From a virus, in IMG/VR virus record IMGVR_UViG_2885686650_000001, positions 730 through 64,729 of that record: a stretch of 64,000 nucleotides of DNA. One strand, written 5' to 3'. Positions 1 to 7,746 of this stretch are shown here, piece by piece. The notes below the pieces were generated by a model. The model was not told the DNA's origin. It did not search any database and worked only from the letters and a program-made list of their open reading frames with translations. How positions within the stretch are numbered: the stretch's first letter is position 1; every line of letters starts with the position of its first letter. Made by a program: the position numbers and the translations under genes.

Positions 1-702
1 AGCAATAGCCTCACCACGACGCATGCCAGTTGTTAAAACAAGAAATAGATACGCTCTAGCCATTGACCAATCATGATTGATACTCGTATCCTCGTTTGTA
101 ATTGAGTTTAACGCCTTGATAAAATCAATTAACTCAGTACGTTCATAATAATTTTTAGTAACGACTGGGATAAATTCTTTCTTCTTACGTGGGGGCTCAA
201 CACTATCAAACGGATTGCTAGGCATAAATTTCATCCGTACTGCAAATCTAAACATCATTTCGGCATAAGCTGTTACTTTGCGATAGCTGGACATTTTCTT
301 AGCTAAGCTACTCATCCATTGTTGGCACGTTAATATTTCAATTTCTTTGATATACATTTTGCCAAATTTGGGCAAGATATGATTTCTAAATATTCGCTTA
401 GTTTTTAAGGCGGTACTATCTTCCAAGTCACTAACATATATTGGCCACCAAAGATCATACACTTGTTGGACTGTGTAACCGCGTTTACGTTGGACTTGCT
501 TTTCAACTGACTCTTTCTTTTTGTGAGTACCATGTTTTAACTCGTACTTAGCATCATCAAACGCGGTTTTGGCAGCCGTCTTTGTTTTAAAGCCATTGAG
601 GGATGTGTCAATACGTTTACCTGTGTGTGGATCTAGACCAAGATAGCCCTTAACTTTCCAAAGAGATTTTCCATCTTGTGTTTTATAACTTTCTATTTTC
701 AT
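1..702 (-). CDS. int: Tyrosine integrase of prophage 1, 5' part (runs off the window)
   Basis: Manual translation from ATG at 702 (RBS AAGGAG): MKIESYKTQDGKSLWKVKGYLGLDPHTGKR...YLFLVLTTGMRRGEAIA; arm-binding N-terminus and box I TGMR motif. Not in ORF track because it is truncated. Confidence 0.93.
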   Translation of the reverse strand, partial: MKIESYKTQDGKSLWKVKGYLGLDPHTGKRIDTSLNGFKTKTAAKTAFDDAKYELKHGTHKKKESVEKQVQRKRGYTVQQVYDLWWPIYVSDLEDSTALKTKRIFRNHILPKFGKMYIKEIEILTCQQWMSSLAKKMSSYRKVTAYAEMMFRFAVRMKFMPSNPFDSVEPPRKKKEFIPVVTKNYYERTELIDFIKALNSITNEDTSINHDWSMARAYLFLVLTTGMRRGEAIA

Positions 703-724
703 TTTATATTTCTCCTTTATTCTT

Positions 725-755
725 GCTTGCACGCGCTGAATTTAGAGAAAATCAG
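725..755 (+). repeat. Copy 1 of motif CTTGCACGC(R)(Y)TGAA, in the int leader
   Basis: 27/31 match to 7701-7730; 15/16 match to reverse complement of 32779-32794. Confidence 0.85.
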
Positions 756-774
756 GCATCACCTCCTTAAATTG

Positions 775-872
775 TGTTAAAATTATGTATACAAATAGCG
801 TAGCGTATTGCTATGCTGATTTGTCAGTTGACGTATCCCAAACTTTGGTCGGTGAGGGGATACGTCTTTTTT
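775..872 (+). ncRNA. Candidate antisense sRNA unit in front of int1 (extended -10 plus terminator)
   Basis: TGTTAAAAT at 775-783; stem GACGTATCCC(830-839)/GGGATACGTC(857-866) then T6; homologous unit at 34199-34296. Confidence 0.5.
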
Positions 873-2112
873 ATTTGTAAAGATTTAGAATTGCTTTAGA
901 AAATTTATGTGAGAGATACGGTGGCACAGCGTTACCAATTTGTTTAAAAGCACTGGTACGTGAAGTTTCAAAGTAGAAATTATCAGGAAAAGTTTGAATT
1001 CTGGCCGCCTCACGGACAGTAATGGAACGATTCTGCTTTACATCAGGATGAATATAATAGTGACCGTCTTTGCAAATATGAGCGACTAGTGTATGTGATA
1101 CAGCATTACTGTCTAGTGCCTTATATCTGTCTAAGAATGAGTGCTTATTCTTATGAGTCTGGTACTTTTTATCCAATTCATTATAGTGTAAATTAATACC
1201 CTTATTTTTTGCGTCGGCAATTAACTTATAAATTTCCAAATCATTTGGTTGATTAGGACGAGCAATGTTTTGAGTTAGGGGAACTTCAGCAGTCTTTCGA
1301 ATATTAGCTTGGACAAATTTACTTGGCTTTCTATTACTATATGAATTGACCTCTTGTCCACTATGCAATTCTGGAAGATCCTGGAATAGTTCTCCAACTG
1401 TATTAGGTGTTTCATGCAGTGTGTTGAGCTCTTTAAAGAACTCAGAAGGTTCAATAGACCCGTCTGTCCCAAAAATAATTAAACGTTCACGCTTTTGCGG
1501 TACACCGTATTTTGAAGAATCAATGATTTGCTTTTCAAGATGATAACCAGCTTCATTGAATTCACTAATCATTTTTGGAAGTAATGGTTCATCAAACTGA
1601 TCTTTAAACGATAATAGGCCCTTAACGTTCTCGAAGATAAAGAATTTAGGGCGATATTTCTTCAAGAATTCAATGTAATAGCGATATAAATAGATACGTT
1701 CATCCGAATCTTTCTTACTTTTGTTACGAGCTCTACCAACAGTTGAATATGCCTGGCATGGTGGCCCACCAATAATACCATCAATGTTTTTGATATTATT
1801 TTTAGCAATTTCATCATCAATTGTTGAAAAAATACCTGCAATAGTATCAGAGTTTATTTCTTGGTTCAGTGTTTTATTTTGTTGATCTAAGGGGATGTTA
1901 CTGAATAGTTGATCATGATTAATTTTCTTGGTCAAATATTGGCAGTATAAGTCTAGTTTATTATTATTCTTTAGATAATAGTAAGCATCGCGTAGTTTGA
2001 GCGTTTCTGCTGCTGCAATATCCATCTCAACGTGATTGAGAATGTTAAATTCATTTGTTCTAAATCCCTCAGTAAGCCCGCCGGCTCCCGAAAACAGATC
2101 GATTATGTTCAT
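871..2112 (-). CDS. DNA (cytosine-5)-methyltransferase
   Basis: Motifs I DLFSGAGG, IV GGPPCQ, VI FENV, VIII QKRER, X QIGNAVPP. Confidence 0.96.
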   Translation of the reverse strand: MNIIDLFSGAGGLTEGFRTNEFNILNHVEMDIAAAETLKLRDAYYYLKNNNKLDLYCQYLTKKINHDQLFSNIPLDQQNKTLNQEINSDTIAGIFSTIDDEIAKNNIKNIDGIIGGPPCQAYSTVGRARNKSKKDSDERIYLYRYYIEFLKKYRPKFFIFENVKGLLSFKDQFDEPLLPKMISEFNEAGYHLEKQIIDSSKYGVPQKRERLIIFGTDGSIEPSEFFKELNTLHETPNTVGELFQDLPELHSGQEVNSYSNRKPSKFVQANIRKTAEVPLTQNIARPNQPNDLEIYKLIADAKNKGINLHYNELDKKYQTHKNKHSFLDRYKALDSNAVSHTLVAHICKDGHYYIHPDVKQNRSITVREAARIQTFPDNFYFETSRTSAFKQIGNAVPPYLSHKFSKAILNLYK

Positions 2113-2163
2113 TGTGATTCACCTCTTAGACCAGGATATCAGGTTAGAAGATAAAAGTAAACT

Positions 2164-4347
2164 TTATCTTTTAGGGGAAGAACTCTCGCCTTTCAGCACA
2201 TTAATGAAACCCTCCGATAACTCTAAAAAAAGAATGGTATTCTTTGCAAGGTCCTTAATACGACTCTCTGTTAATGATGCTGGATTATGTGCGCCAGAAT
2301 GTCCTATTTTTAATTGATCCCCGAAAGTTATGCCATCACTCATTGGGATAAAAGCACGGAAAAAGTTATCTTTCCTATCACTGTTGGTTAGGCCCAGTTC
2401 GTTTGAAATTTTATTTTGTAGTTCTTTATCTCCCCTAACTTGACTGATTAGGCTATCAATAGCTTGAAAGCCACTTCCCAGACTTTTGTTTTGAAACTTG
2501 TTTGCTTCACTATTCTCCGGTCGAAGTCTTTCTTCAATTTCAACATCTGTAATTGACCTCATGGCCGCGCTAATTACATAATTAAAACTTGTGTCGTTTG
2601 AAACCCATAGGGCGTTTAGTTGCATCATGATGGTCCGAAAGAAGTCATTAGTTTCATTCGATTGAAGTTTAAAGTACTTACCGTTCTTCAAAGGGAAAAG
2701 CTCTGATTTTGAAGTTTTACCGTTTTTTTCAAAACGAAGTATAAAGGTATCAGACCAATTTCCTTTGGGGTATTTAACAACAATACATGTTGATTGAGGA
2801 ACATCACGTTCAGATAATTGACCGTTTAACACCTCATTTCCTTCCGATTCATAAAAAGTAAAGTCGCTCGAGTCCAGTCTTTCACCTGAACTTGAATGTG
2901 ACCTTTCTAAGTCAATATAGTCGAGTAGGTTAACTGATTTAAAACAAGGGATTGGTTTCGCAATTTTTGAACGCCTCAGTTTTATCTGGAAAGGCAATGT
3001 GTGACCACTTTCTGTTGGTTTAATTGAAGAAGTGAAGGATGGCCCATTGGTTTCTTTACTTGTCTTTTGAGCAATTTCTTTTGTGGATGTACCGACGTCA
3101 GGCTGTGTGGACATAACGGTCTTAGGTTTCAAAGCAATTTTTTCAAGTTTCGCTTTCACTTGTGATCGCTCTAAATTAACTTGGACTATAAATTCGTTAA
3201 TAAGATTTTTAAATTCCTCAAAGGATTTTTTAGTCGTTTGTAAGCCCTCACGATTAGTTTTTTCTGTTAAATATTGACTTGAACTATTTGCAAGGACGAT
3301 TTGTCCGGCAGATCGGGTATTTGATATTTTTTTTGAGTTATTTCGTGCTGCGTTCTCTAGTGCTAGCCAATCCTCGAGTCCGTAACCAAATAGTTTAAAG
3401 TTATTTCGGTAAATATTTATTCCTGCATCGTACGATAAAAAATCCTTGGTGATTTTACTAGGTGTAACAGAGCTGTTTTCGTATTGAAGTTGAAGATTGG
3501 ACGGCTCATAAAAGTTAAATAATTTAAAGGTGATATCACCAATTTTGCGTAGCTCAGCTTGTTGCTTTTTAATATAATTTTTTATTTTGGAGAGAGTTTC
3601 ATTGTAACCAATAATATCTGTCATTGTTTCTTTTTCGTCTAGTATTTTTGCGTATGCTAAATGTTTCAGGGTAAAAGACTGCTCATCCCAAGTTAGGTTA
3701 AATGTTGACTCAAGTGTTGCGTACCTCGTTGCTTCGCTAAAGCTCATAAGGTTAGTCGAATCTTTTTCGGAGTCAGGTGAAAGAATATTAATTTCAAAGT
3801 TTGTATCATCCAATAAAAGATTCGTTAGATTTTTTCTTAGCTCATCTATGTGGATAACCTCTGGTAGTATGTCTTTGATTGTCAAAATAGTACCGTTTTT
3901 TTTATTGCTACTAAACGTTAAGACATGAATATTGGCATTTTCAACACTGGTAGCGGTTTCTAATTCAGATTTTAGTAGTTTAAAGTGAGTTTCTATCCCA
4001 GTGGAAATGGTATGTACTTCGATGCTATTTCCTAGAGCAAATAAAGTGAAACGCCCGATTCCTTTACCACCGAGTAAACTAGGATTGTTAGTTTTAAAAT
4101 TAGTTCCGGCCCTAAACCAAGTTTCACTAATGTCTTCTGGTTTAATTCCTTCACCATCATCTGAAATGGTAATCTGTTCAGGAAATTGCGATAAATCAAT
4201 TGTGATTTCAGAGGCTTTAGCATCCTTAGCGTTTTTAATTTGTTCAGCAAAAACGATTGAAAGGTTCTCAGTTAGATTACTTCCTAAGAGTTCTGTCAGA
4301 ACGTTAGGGGCCACTGAAAAGTTTCTTGTTGATATCTCTGGTGCCAT
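2164..4347 (-). CDS. GHKL (MORC/HATPase_c-like) ATPase with S5 fold, linker and an uncharacterised helical C-terminal domain
   Basis: Bergerat-fold motifs EQIKNAKDA, SDDGEGI, GGKGIGRF, GTILTI; C-terminus SAAMRSITD...GHSGAHNP is loosely HEPN-like. Confidence 0.82.
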   Translation of the reverse strand: MAPEISTRNFSVAPNVLTELLGSNLTENLSIVFAEQIKNAKDAKASEITIDLSQFPEQITISDDGEGIKPEDISETWFRAGTNFKTNNPSLLGGKGIGRFTLFALGNSIEVHTISTGIETHFKLLKSELETATSVENANIHVLTFSSNKKNGTILTIKDILPEVIHIDELRKNLTNLLLDDTNFEINILSPDSEKDSTNLMSFSEATRYATLESTFNLTWDEQSFTLKHLAYAKILDEKETMTDIIGYNETLSKIKNYIKKQQAELRKIGDITFKLFNFYEPSNLQLQYENSSVTPSKITKDFLSYDAGINIYRNNFKLFGYGLEDWLALENAARNNSKKISNTRSAGQIVLANSSSQYLTEKTNREGLQTTKKSFEEFKNLINEFIVQVNLERSQVKAKLEKIALKPKTVMSTQPDVGTSTKEIAQKTSKETNGPSFTSSIKPTESGHTLPFQIKLRRSKIAKPIPCFKSVNLLDYIDLERSHSSSGERLDSSDFTFYESEGNEVLNGQLSERDVPQSTCIVVKYPKGNWSDTFILRFEKNGKTSKSELFPLKNGKYFKLQSNETNDFFRTIMMQLNALWVSNDTSFNYVISAAMRSITDVEIEERLRPENSEANKFQNKSLGSGFQAIDSLISQVRGDKELQNKISNELGLTNSDRKDNFFRAFIPMSDGITFGDQLKIGHSGAHNPASLTESRIKDLAKNTILFLELSEGFINVLKGESSSPKR

Positions 4348-4377
4348 TGTCTATTCCTCCAACCCAGACCCAAAGTC

Positions 4378-4437
4378 TGCTATAATATTTTTGTACTGAA
4401 TTACTACCCAAAGACACTGTGCCCGCAGTGCCTTTTT
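4378..4437 (+). ncRNA. Candidate antisense micro-transcript between cI and the ATPase gene
   Basis: TGCTATAAT at 4378-4386; hairpin CACTG-tgcccg-CAGTG (4415-4430) followed by a T-run. Confidence 0.45.
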
Positions 4438-4451
4438 ATTTACATAAATAT

Positions 4452-5228
4452 TTAGAGAATAACAATTCCGTGAATTTCAAATTCATCATCCTTAGTTATT
4501 TCAATTGGCTCATATTTTGGATTAAGTGAAATTAATTCGCACTTATTATCTTGACACCAAAATTTCTTTACATAAGCTTTTCCATTCAAGTAGCCTATAA
4601 TAATTTGGCCACTGTAAGCCTCGGTAGCACTCTTTACAAAAATAATCTGCTGATCAGCAAAAAGTGGTTCCATTGAATCACCGTTAACTAATAAAGCATA
4701 GTCATGTGCTGGGACGTGGCCATGATAAGAAACAACATTATGCTCCTCATCCATTAAGACTTCACCGACGCCGGCACTAGCGGCACCATAGATAGTTACA
4801 TCAGTATATGTATTACTATCTTCATTGATATGATCAACAAGATTAATTACACCATCTTGCTCCTTCAGCTGATTCTGAGCGTAAGTATAGACTTTGTGCT
4901 TACGATTCTGATCTAATTGCCTAATTATTAGAATGTGATCCGATTCTTCGGAAGATATTTCAGATGGTTTAACGTTTGATTGTTCTAGTTCTTGATTATT
5001 AATATCTGATGATGAATTATTATTGTTTGACCAACCCATTAAGAATTGCGGAGTGGTATGAAGAATTTTTGCTATTTCTGAAATAACTGAAATTGGAACT
5101 TTATCTATATCGCCATTTTCATAGCGAAAAATTGTTGATCGAGAGACGCCTAATTTATCGGCTATTAGGTCTGCACTAATATGAAGTACTTTGCGTCTCT
5201 GCTTAATTCTTTCTCCTACTGTGGTCAT
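4452..5228 (-). CDS. cI: CI-like repressor, XRE HTH plus S24 autopeptidase
   Basis: N-terminal HTH; YGAASAG cleavage region, NGDSM catalytic Ser, YVKK catalytic Lys; start placed at ATG 5228 from GGAGGT spacing. Confidence 0.95.
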   Translation of the reverse strand: MTTVGERIKQRRKVLHISADLIADKLGVSRSTIFRYENGDIDKVPISVISEIAKILHTTPQFLMGWSNNNNSSSDINNQELEQSNVKPSEISSEESDHILIIRQLDQNRKHKVYTYAQNQLKEQDGVINLVDHINEDSNTYTDVTIYGAASAGVGEVLMDEEHNVVSYHGHVPAHDYALLVNGDSMEPLFADQQIIFVKSATEAYSGQIIIGYLNGKAYVKKFWCQDNKCELISLNPKYEPIEITKDDEFEIHGIVIL

Positions 5229-5268
5229 AAGATAACGCACCTCCAACAAAGTTAATTATAGTAATATA

Positions 5269-5370
5269 GTTGCAAAAATGCAACAAGAAAAGTAGCAATA
5301 TTGCGATTTTTATATTGACAAGTAATTATGAATGTTGTAAATTGTATTTGTTGAGTCGCAATAATGCTAC
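5269..5370. promoter_or_regulatory. Genetic switch: three palindromic operators and rightward promoter
   Basis: GTTGCA-N4-TGCAAC 5269-5284, GTAGCA-N4-TGCGAT 5292-5307, GTCGCA-N4-TGCTAC 5355-5370; TTGACA(5315)-17-TAAATT(5338). Confidence 0.85.
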
Positions 5371-5390
5371 AAAATCAAGGAGATGATGAA

Positions 5391-5636
5391 TTGGTTGACG
5401 TTGATAAATTGAAGAAAATAATTAACGAGCGATCATCACAGGAGATAGTTGCAAAAAAAATCGGTGTTGACCGAAGCACTTTTTATAGAAAGTTAAAAAA
5501 GGGTGGCAATTTCAAGGTGAGGGAAGTTCAGCAATTAGTCAGCGTAATTCCTTTGACTGATGATGAAGCAATTTCCATTTTTTTTAAACCTAAAGTCGCA
5601 AAAACGCTACTTAATAAAGGTGGTGAAAAGGGATGA
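5391..5636 (+). CDS. cro: Cro-like HTH protein
   Basis: Divergent from cI; SQEIVAKKIGVDRSTFYRKL HTH; TTG start after AAGGAG. Confidence 0.85.
   Translation: MVDVDKLKKIINERSSQEIVAKKIGVDRSTFYRKLKKGGNFKVREVQQLVSVIPLTDDEAISIFFKPKVAKTLLNKGGEKG
5595..5610. promoter_or_regulatory. Fourth operator-like site within the cro 3' end
   Basis: GTCGCA-AAAA-CGCTAC fits the operator consensus. Confidence 0.6.
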
Positions 5637-5833
5637 ATGAATTGCTTGCAACTATTAATAAAGCAATTGACTGCTACTTGATTGATTTACAAAGTAATAA
5701 AAAAACCTTTGCAGACGTAAGCAGAGAATTACATCAACAAAGGTTTGATCATAGCAAAAGTGATTTAGAGATTGCAGTTTTAAACGAGCTACAAATCAGA
5801 AATCAAGCTAACGCTATGAAGAAAATCATTTAG
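5633..5833 (+). CDS. Hypothetical early protein
   Basis: ORF with RBS AAAGGTGGTGA, overlaps the cro stop. Confidence 0.65.
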   Translation: MNELLATINKAIDCYLIDLQSNKKTFADVSRELHQQRFDHSKSDLEIAVLNELQIRNQANAMKKII

Positions 5834-6146
5834 TTTCTATTCGAACAACGTTATTGCTTGAATAGATTGTTTTCGGATCATCATGAGTAAAGAAAAAGAA
5901 GTAATTTGCTAAGATTTCCGTAAACGCGGGGATAAGTCCTTCTTCCGCATGACGCCAAAGTTCAAACGGTCCGTTATAGCCGGTTGTTTTGGGAAAATTA
6001 TAAAGGTATGCAGTTGCTTCTTGCTCAGTCATATCAACTGGTACCTTGTCATTTTTTCTGGGCCTAATACCAAACAACAATTCATTTTCATGTAACTCGA
6101 TTTTTGATCCATCACTAAAGAATACTAATGTTTGCAATTTATTCAC
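5826..6146 (-). CDS. Hypothetical leftward cargo protein
   Basis: Own GGAGGT RBS (likely TTG start at 6137) and extended -10 TGAGATAAT upstream. Confidence 0.75.
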   Translation of the reverse strand: MNKLQTLVFFSDGSKIELHENELLFGIRPRKNDKVPVDMTEQEATAYLYNFPKTTGYNGPFELWRHAEEGLIPAFTEILANYFFFFTHDDPKTIYSSNNVVRIETK

Positions 6147-6216
6147 CTCCTTTTGGCTTGATTATCTCACTTGGAGGTTGAAAACAAAATAGTGGAAAGG
6201 TGGTGAATAGGGATGA
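6141..6216. repeat. Cassette-boundary repeat, copy 1 (leftward promoter plus rightward RBS)
   Basis: 35/39 identity to 7424-7462; GAAAGGTGGTGAATAGGGATGA identical to 6717-6738. Confidence 0.8.
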
Positions 6217-6326
6217 ATAAAGAACGAATAATACATTCAATTATTATTTCAATTTTTTGCGGAGTAGTAGGAGGAATAATTGGAGCCGCCGTCATACTTG
6301 TACCTTATTATTTTAGCTTCAAGTAG
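6213..6326 (+). CDS. 37-aa membrane peptide
   Basis: MNKERIIHSIIISIFCGVVGGIIGAAVILVPYYFSFK; strong RBS; below the ORF-track length cutoff. Confidence 0.6.
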   Translation: MNKERIIHSIIISIFCGVVGGIIGAAVILVPYYFSFK

Positions 6327-6661
6327 GCGGCTAACCAGCCAAGAGCAAATCCAACTATGGTTCCTATAATTCCAGAAATAACGGATGAGCTTAACGGAAA
6401 CCAAAAATTATTTTTCTTGTCGATTTGCTTGGATTTTTGCTCTAGTTCTAATTCATTCTCACCATCGGCAGTTAAAAATATTCTTTTGATAGTTGTTCCA
6501 TATTGACCGTTGGATGTTTCAATTTCTGTTTCTAGGTCAATTAATTTTAGGTCATAAAGCTTTCGTAATTGTTCATTGTTATTGAAATAATCATTGTTGA
6601 TTGGGATGTTATGTTCTTTAACATCATTTAGTAGTTTTAGTTGAGTATCGGATAAGTTCAT
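6308..6661 (-). CDS. Hypothetical leftward cargo protein with C-terminal TM anchor
   Basis: RBS AAAGGGG; C-terminal ISGIIGTIVGFALGWLAAYL. Confidence 0.75.
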   Translation of the reverse strand: MNLSDTQLKLLNDVKEHNIPINNDYFNNNEQLRKLYDLKLIDLETEIETSNGQYGTTIKRIFLTADGENELELEQKSKQIDKKNNFWFPLSSSVISGIIGTIVGFALGWLAAYLKLK

Positions 6662-6681
6662 TGTGATCGCCCCTTTAATAT

Positions 6682-6738
6682 AAGTATCTCACTTATAGAT
6701 TGAGAGCGAAATACCAGAAAGGTGGTGAATAGGGATGA
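6682..6738. repeat. Cassette-boundary repeat, copy 2
   Basis: AGTATCTCACTT plus the 22-nt RBS block identical to copy 1. Confidence 0.75.
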
Positions 6739-6992
6739 GCGATAAAAGGATGAGTATGTTTCTTAAAGATTATGTTATGGAACCAGTTGCAAATAAATCA
6801 ATTGATGATGAGTTTAATTTTCCAGTCTCAGAACTAGGAATGGAAATTGTTGAATTGATTAATAAAAAAAAGCCCACATATGTAGCAGCATATGCAAGCT
6901 TGCAATGGGCCTATGATTGTTTGAAATATCAGTCTAATTTTGTACAAGTCCCAGATACTCGTATTCTTCCTTCACAAAATGAGGAAGAATAA
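6735..6992 (+). CDS. Hypothetical early protein
   Basis: ORF with strong RBS. Confidence 0.65.
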   Translation: MSDKRMSMFLKDYVMEPVANKSIDDEFNFPVSELGMEIVELINKKKPTYVAAYASLQWAYDCLKYQSNFVQVPDTRILPSQNEEE

Positions 6993-7401
6993 AAGTTTTT
7001 CTCCCATTAAATAGAGAAAAAGCCAGATGAGTTGGCTTGTATGATTCATATTCCGAAATTGGTAATGGGTCGTTTCCATAGGCAACATTATTGTTTATGA
7101 AATTAACTCGAATAAATTCACTAAGAGCTTCTGCAGGGCTAAGATTAGTCCCTAACTCAAATTTATCATGTAATTCTTCGATTGTACTATAAAAAAGAAT
7201 TGGTAAAGTTCCAAAAGTTTTAATTGAACCTACGTGATCTTTATTCGAGGCACTAAAGAAACTCAGCGTATTATCCGAATTTTCTCTAAAAAAATTAACG
7301 GTGAATTCGTTCTTACCATCAGAATACCATGGTGTTGCATCAATTTCGTTATGCTTAATTACAAATTCAATTAATTGCATTTGGGTAATGGATAGTTTCA
7401 T
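6934..7401 (-). CDS. Hypothetical leftward cargo protein
   Basis: ATG at 7401 after GGAGGTGA; promoter in repeat copy 3. Confidence 0.75.
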   Translation of the reverse strand: MKLSITQMQLIEFVIKHNEIDATPWYSDGKNEFTVNFFRENSDNTLSFFSASNKDHVGSIKTFGTLPILFYSTIEELHDKFELGTNLSPAEALSEFIRVNFINNNVAYGNDPLPISEYESYKPTHLAFSLFNGRKTFILPHFVKEEYEYLGLVQN

Positions 7402-7405
7402 TTTT

Positions 7406-7462
7406 ATCACCTCCTTCAAAGCGATTATCTCACTTGGTGGTAAAAAACAAAATAGTTGAAAG
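7406..7462. repeat. Cassette-boundary repeat, copy 3
   Basis: TCACCTCCTT...ATTATCTCACTTGG...AAAACAAAATAG as in copy 1. Confidence 0.8.
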
Positions 7463-7695
7463 AAATGAGAAACATGACTGAAGAAGCATTAAAAGAAATA
7501 CGGTTAATTTTCCGTGATGAATTACTTCATGCGAATGCTCGCTGGCTTGATACCAAAGCAGCTATCGCATATGTGAATGGTGTTCGAGCCTTACAGCACT
7601 TACGTGAATCAGGATTATCTCATTCAAGAGTTGGCGGCAAGCTTCTATATGACCGTCAAGAAATAGATCGATTACTCGAAAAAATGAAAAAATAA
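7456..7695 (+). CDS. xis: Excisionase-like MerR/HTH_17 DNA-binding protein
   Basis: WLDTKAAIAYV...RVGGKLLYDRQEIDRLLE winged-HTH pattern in the early region. Confidence 0.7.
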   Translation: MKEMRNMTEEALKEIRLIFRDELLHANARWLDTKAAIAYVNGVRALQHLRESGLSHSRVGGKLLYDRQEIDRLLEKMKK

Positions 7696-7700
7696 AAAAT

Positions 7701-7730
7701 GCTTGCACGCGTTGAAATTAGAGTAATCAG
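7701..7730 (+). repeat. Copy 2 of the CTTGCACGC motif, just after the xis stop
   Basis: GCTTGCACGCGTTGAAATTAGAGTAATCAG vs 725-755. Confidence 0.85.
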
Positions 7731-7746
7731 AATACGAGGAATGAAA

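Noticed and set aside
796-817. CI operator upstream of int (TAGCGTAGCGTATTGCTATGC)
   Set aside because: Half-site spacing is off by one from the four consensus operators
827-866. Solitary CRISPR-repeat mimic (RNA anti-CRISPR)
   Set aside because: Only superficial likeness to type I-E repeats; position and T-run fit a terminator hairpin better
4001-4399. 132-aa + strand ORF overlapping the ATPase 5' end
   Set aside because: Antisense shadow without RBS or recognisable motif
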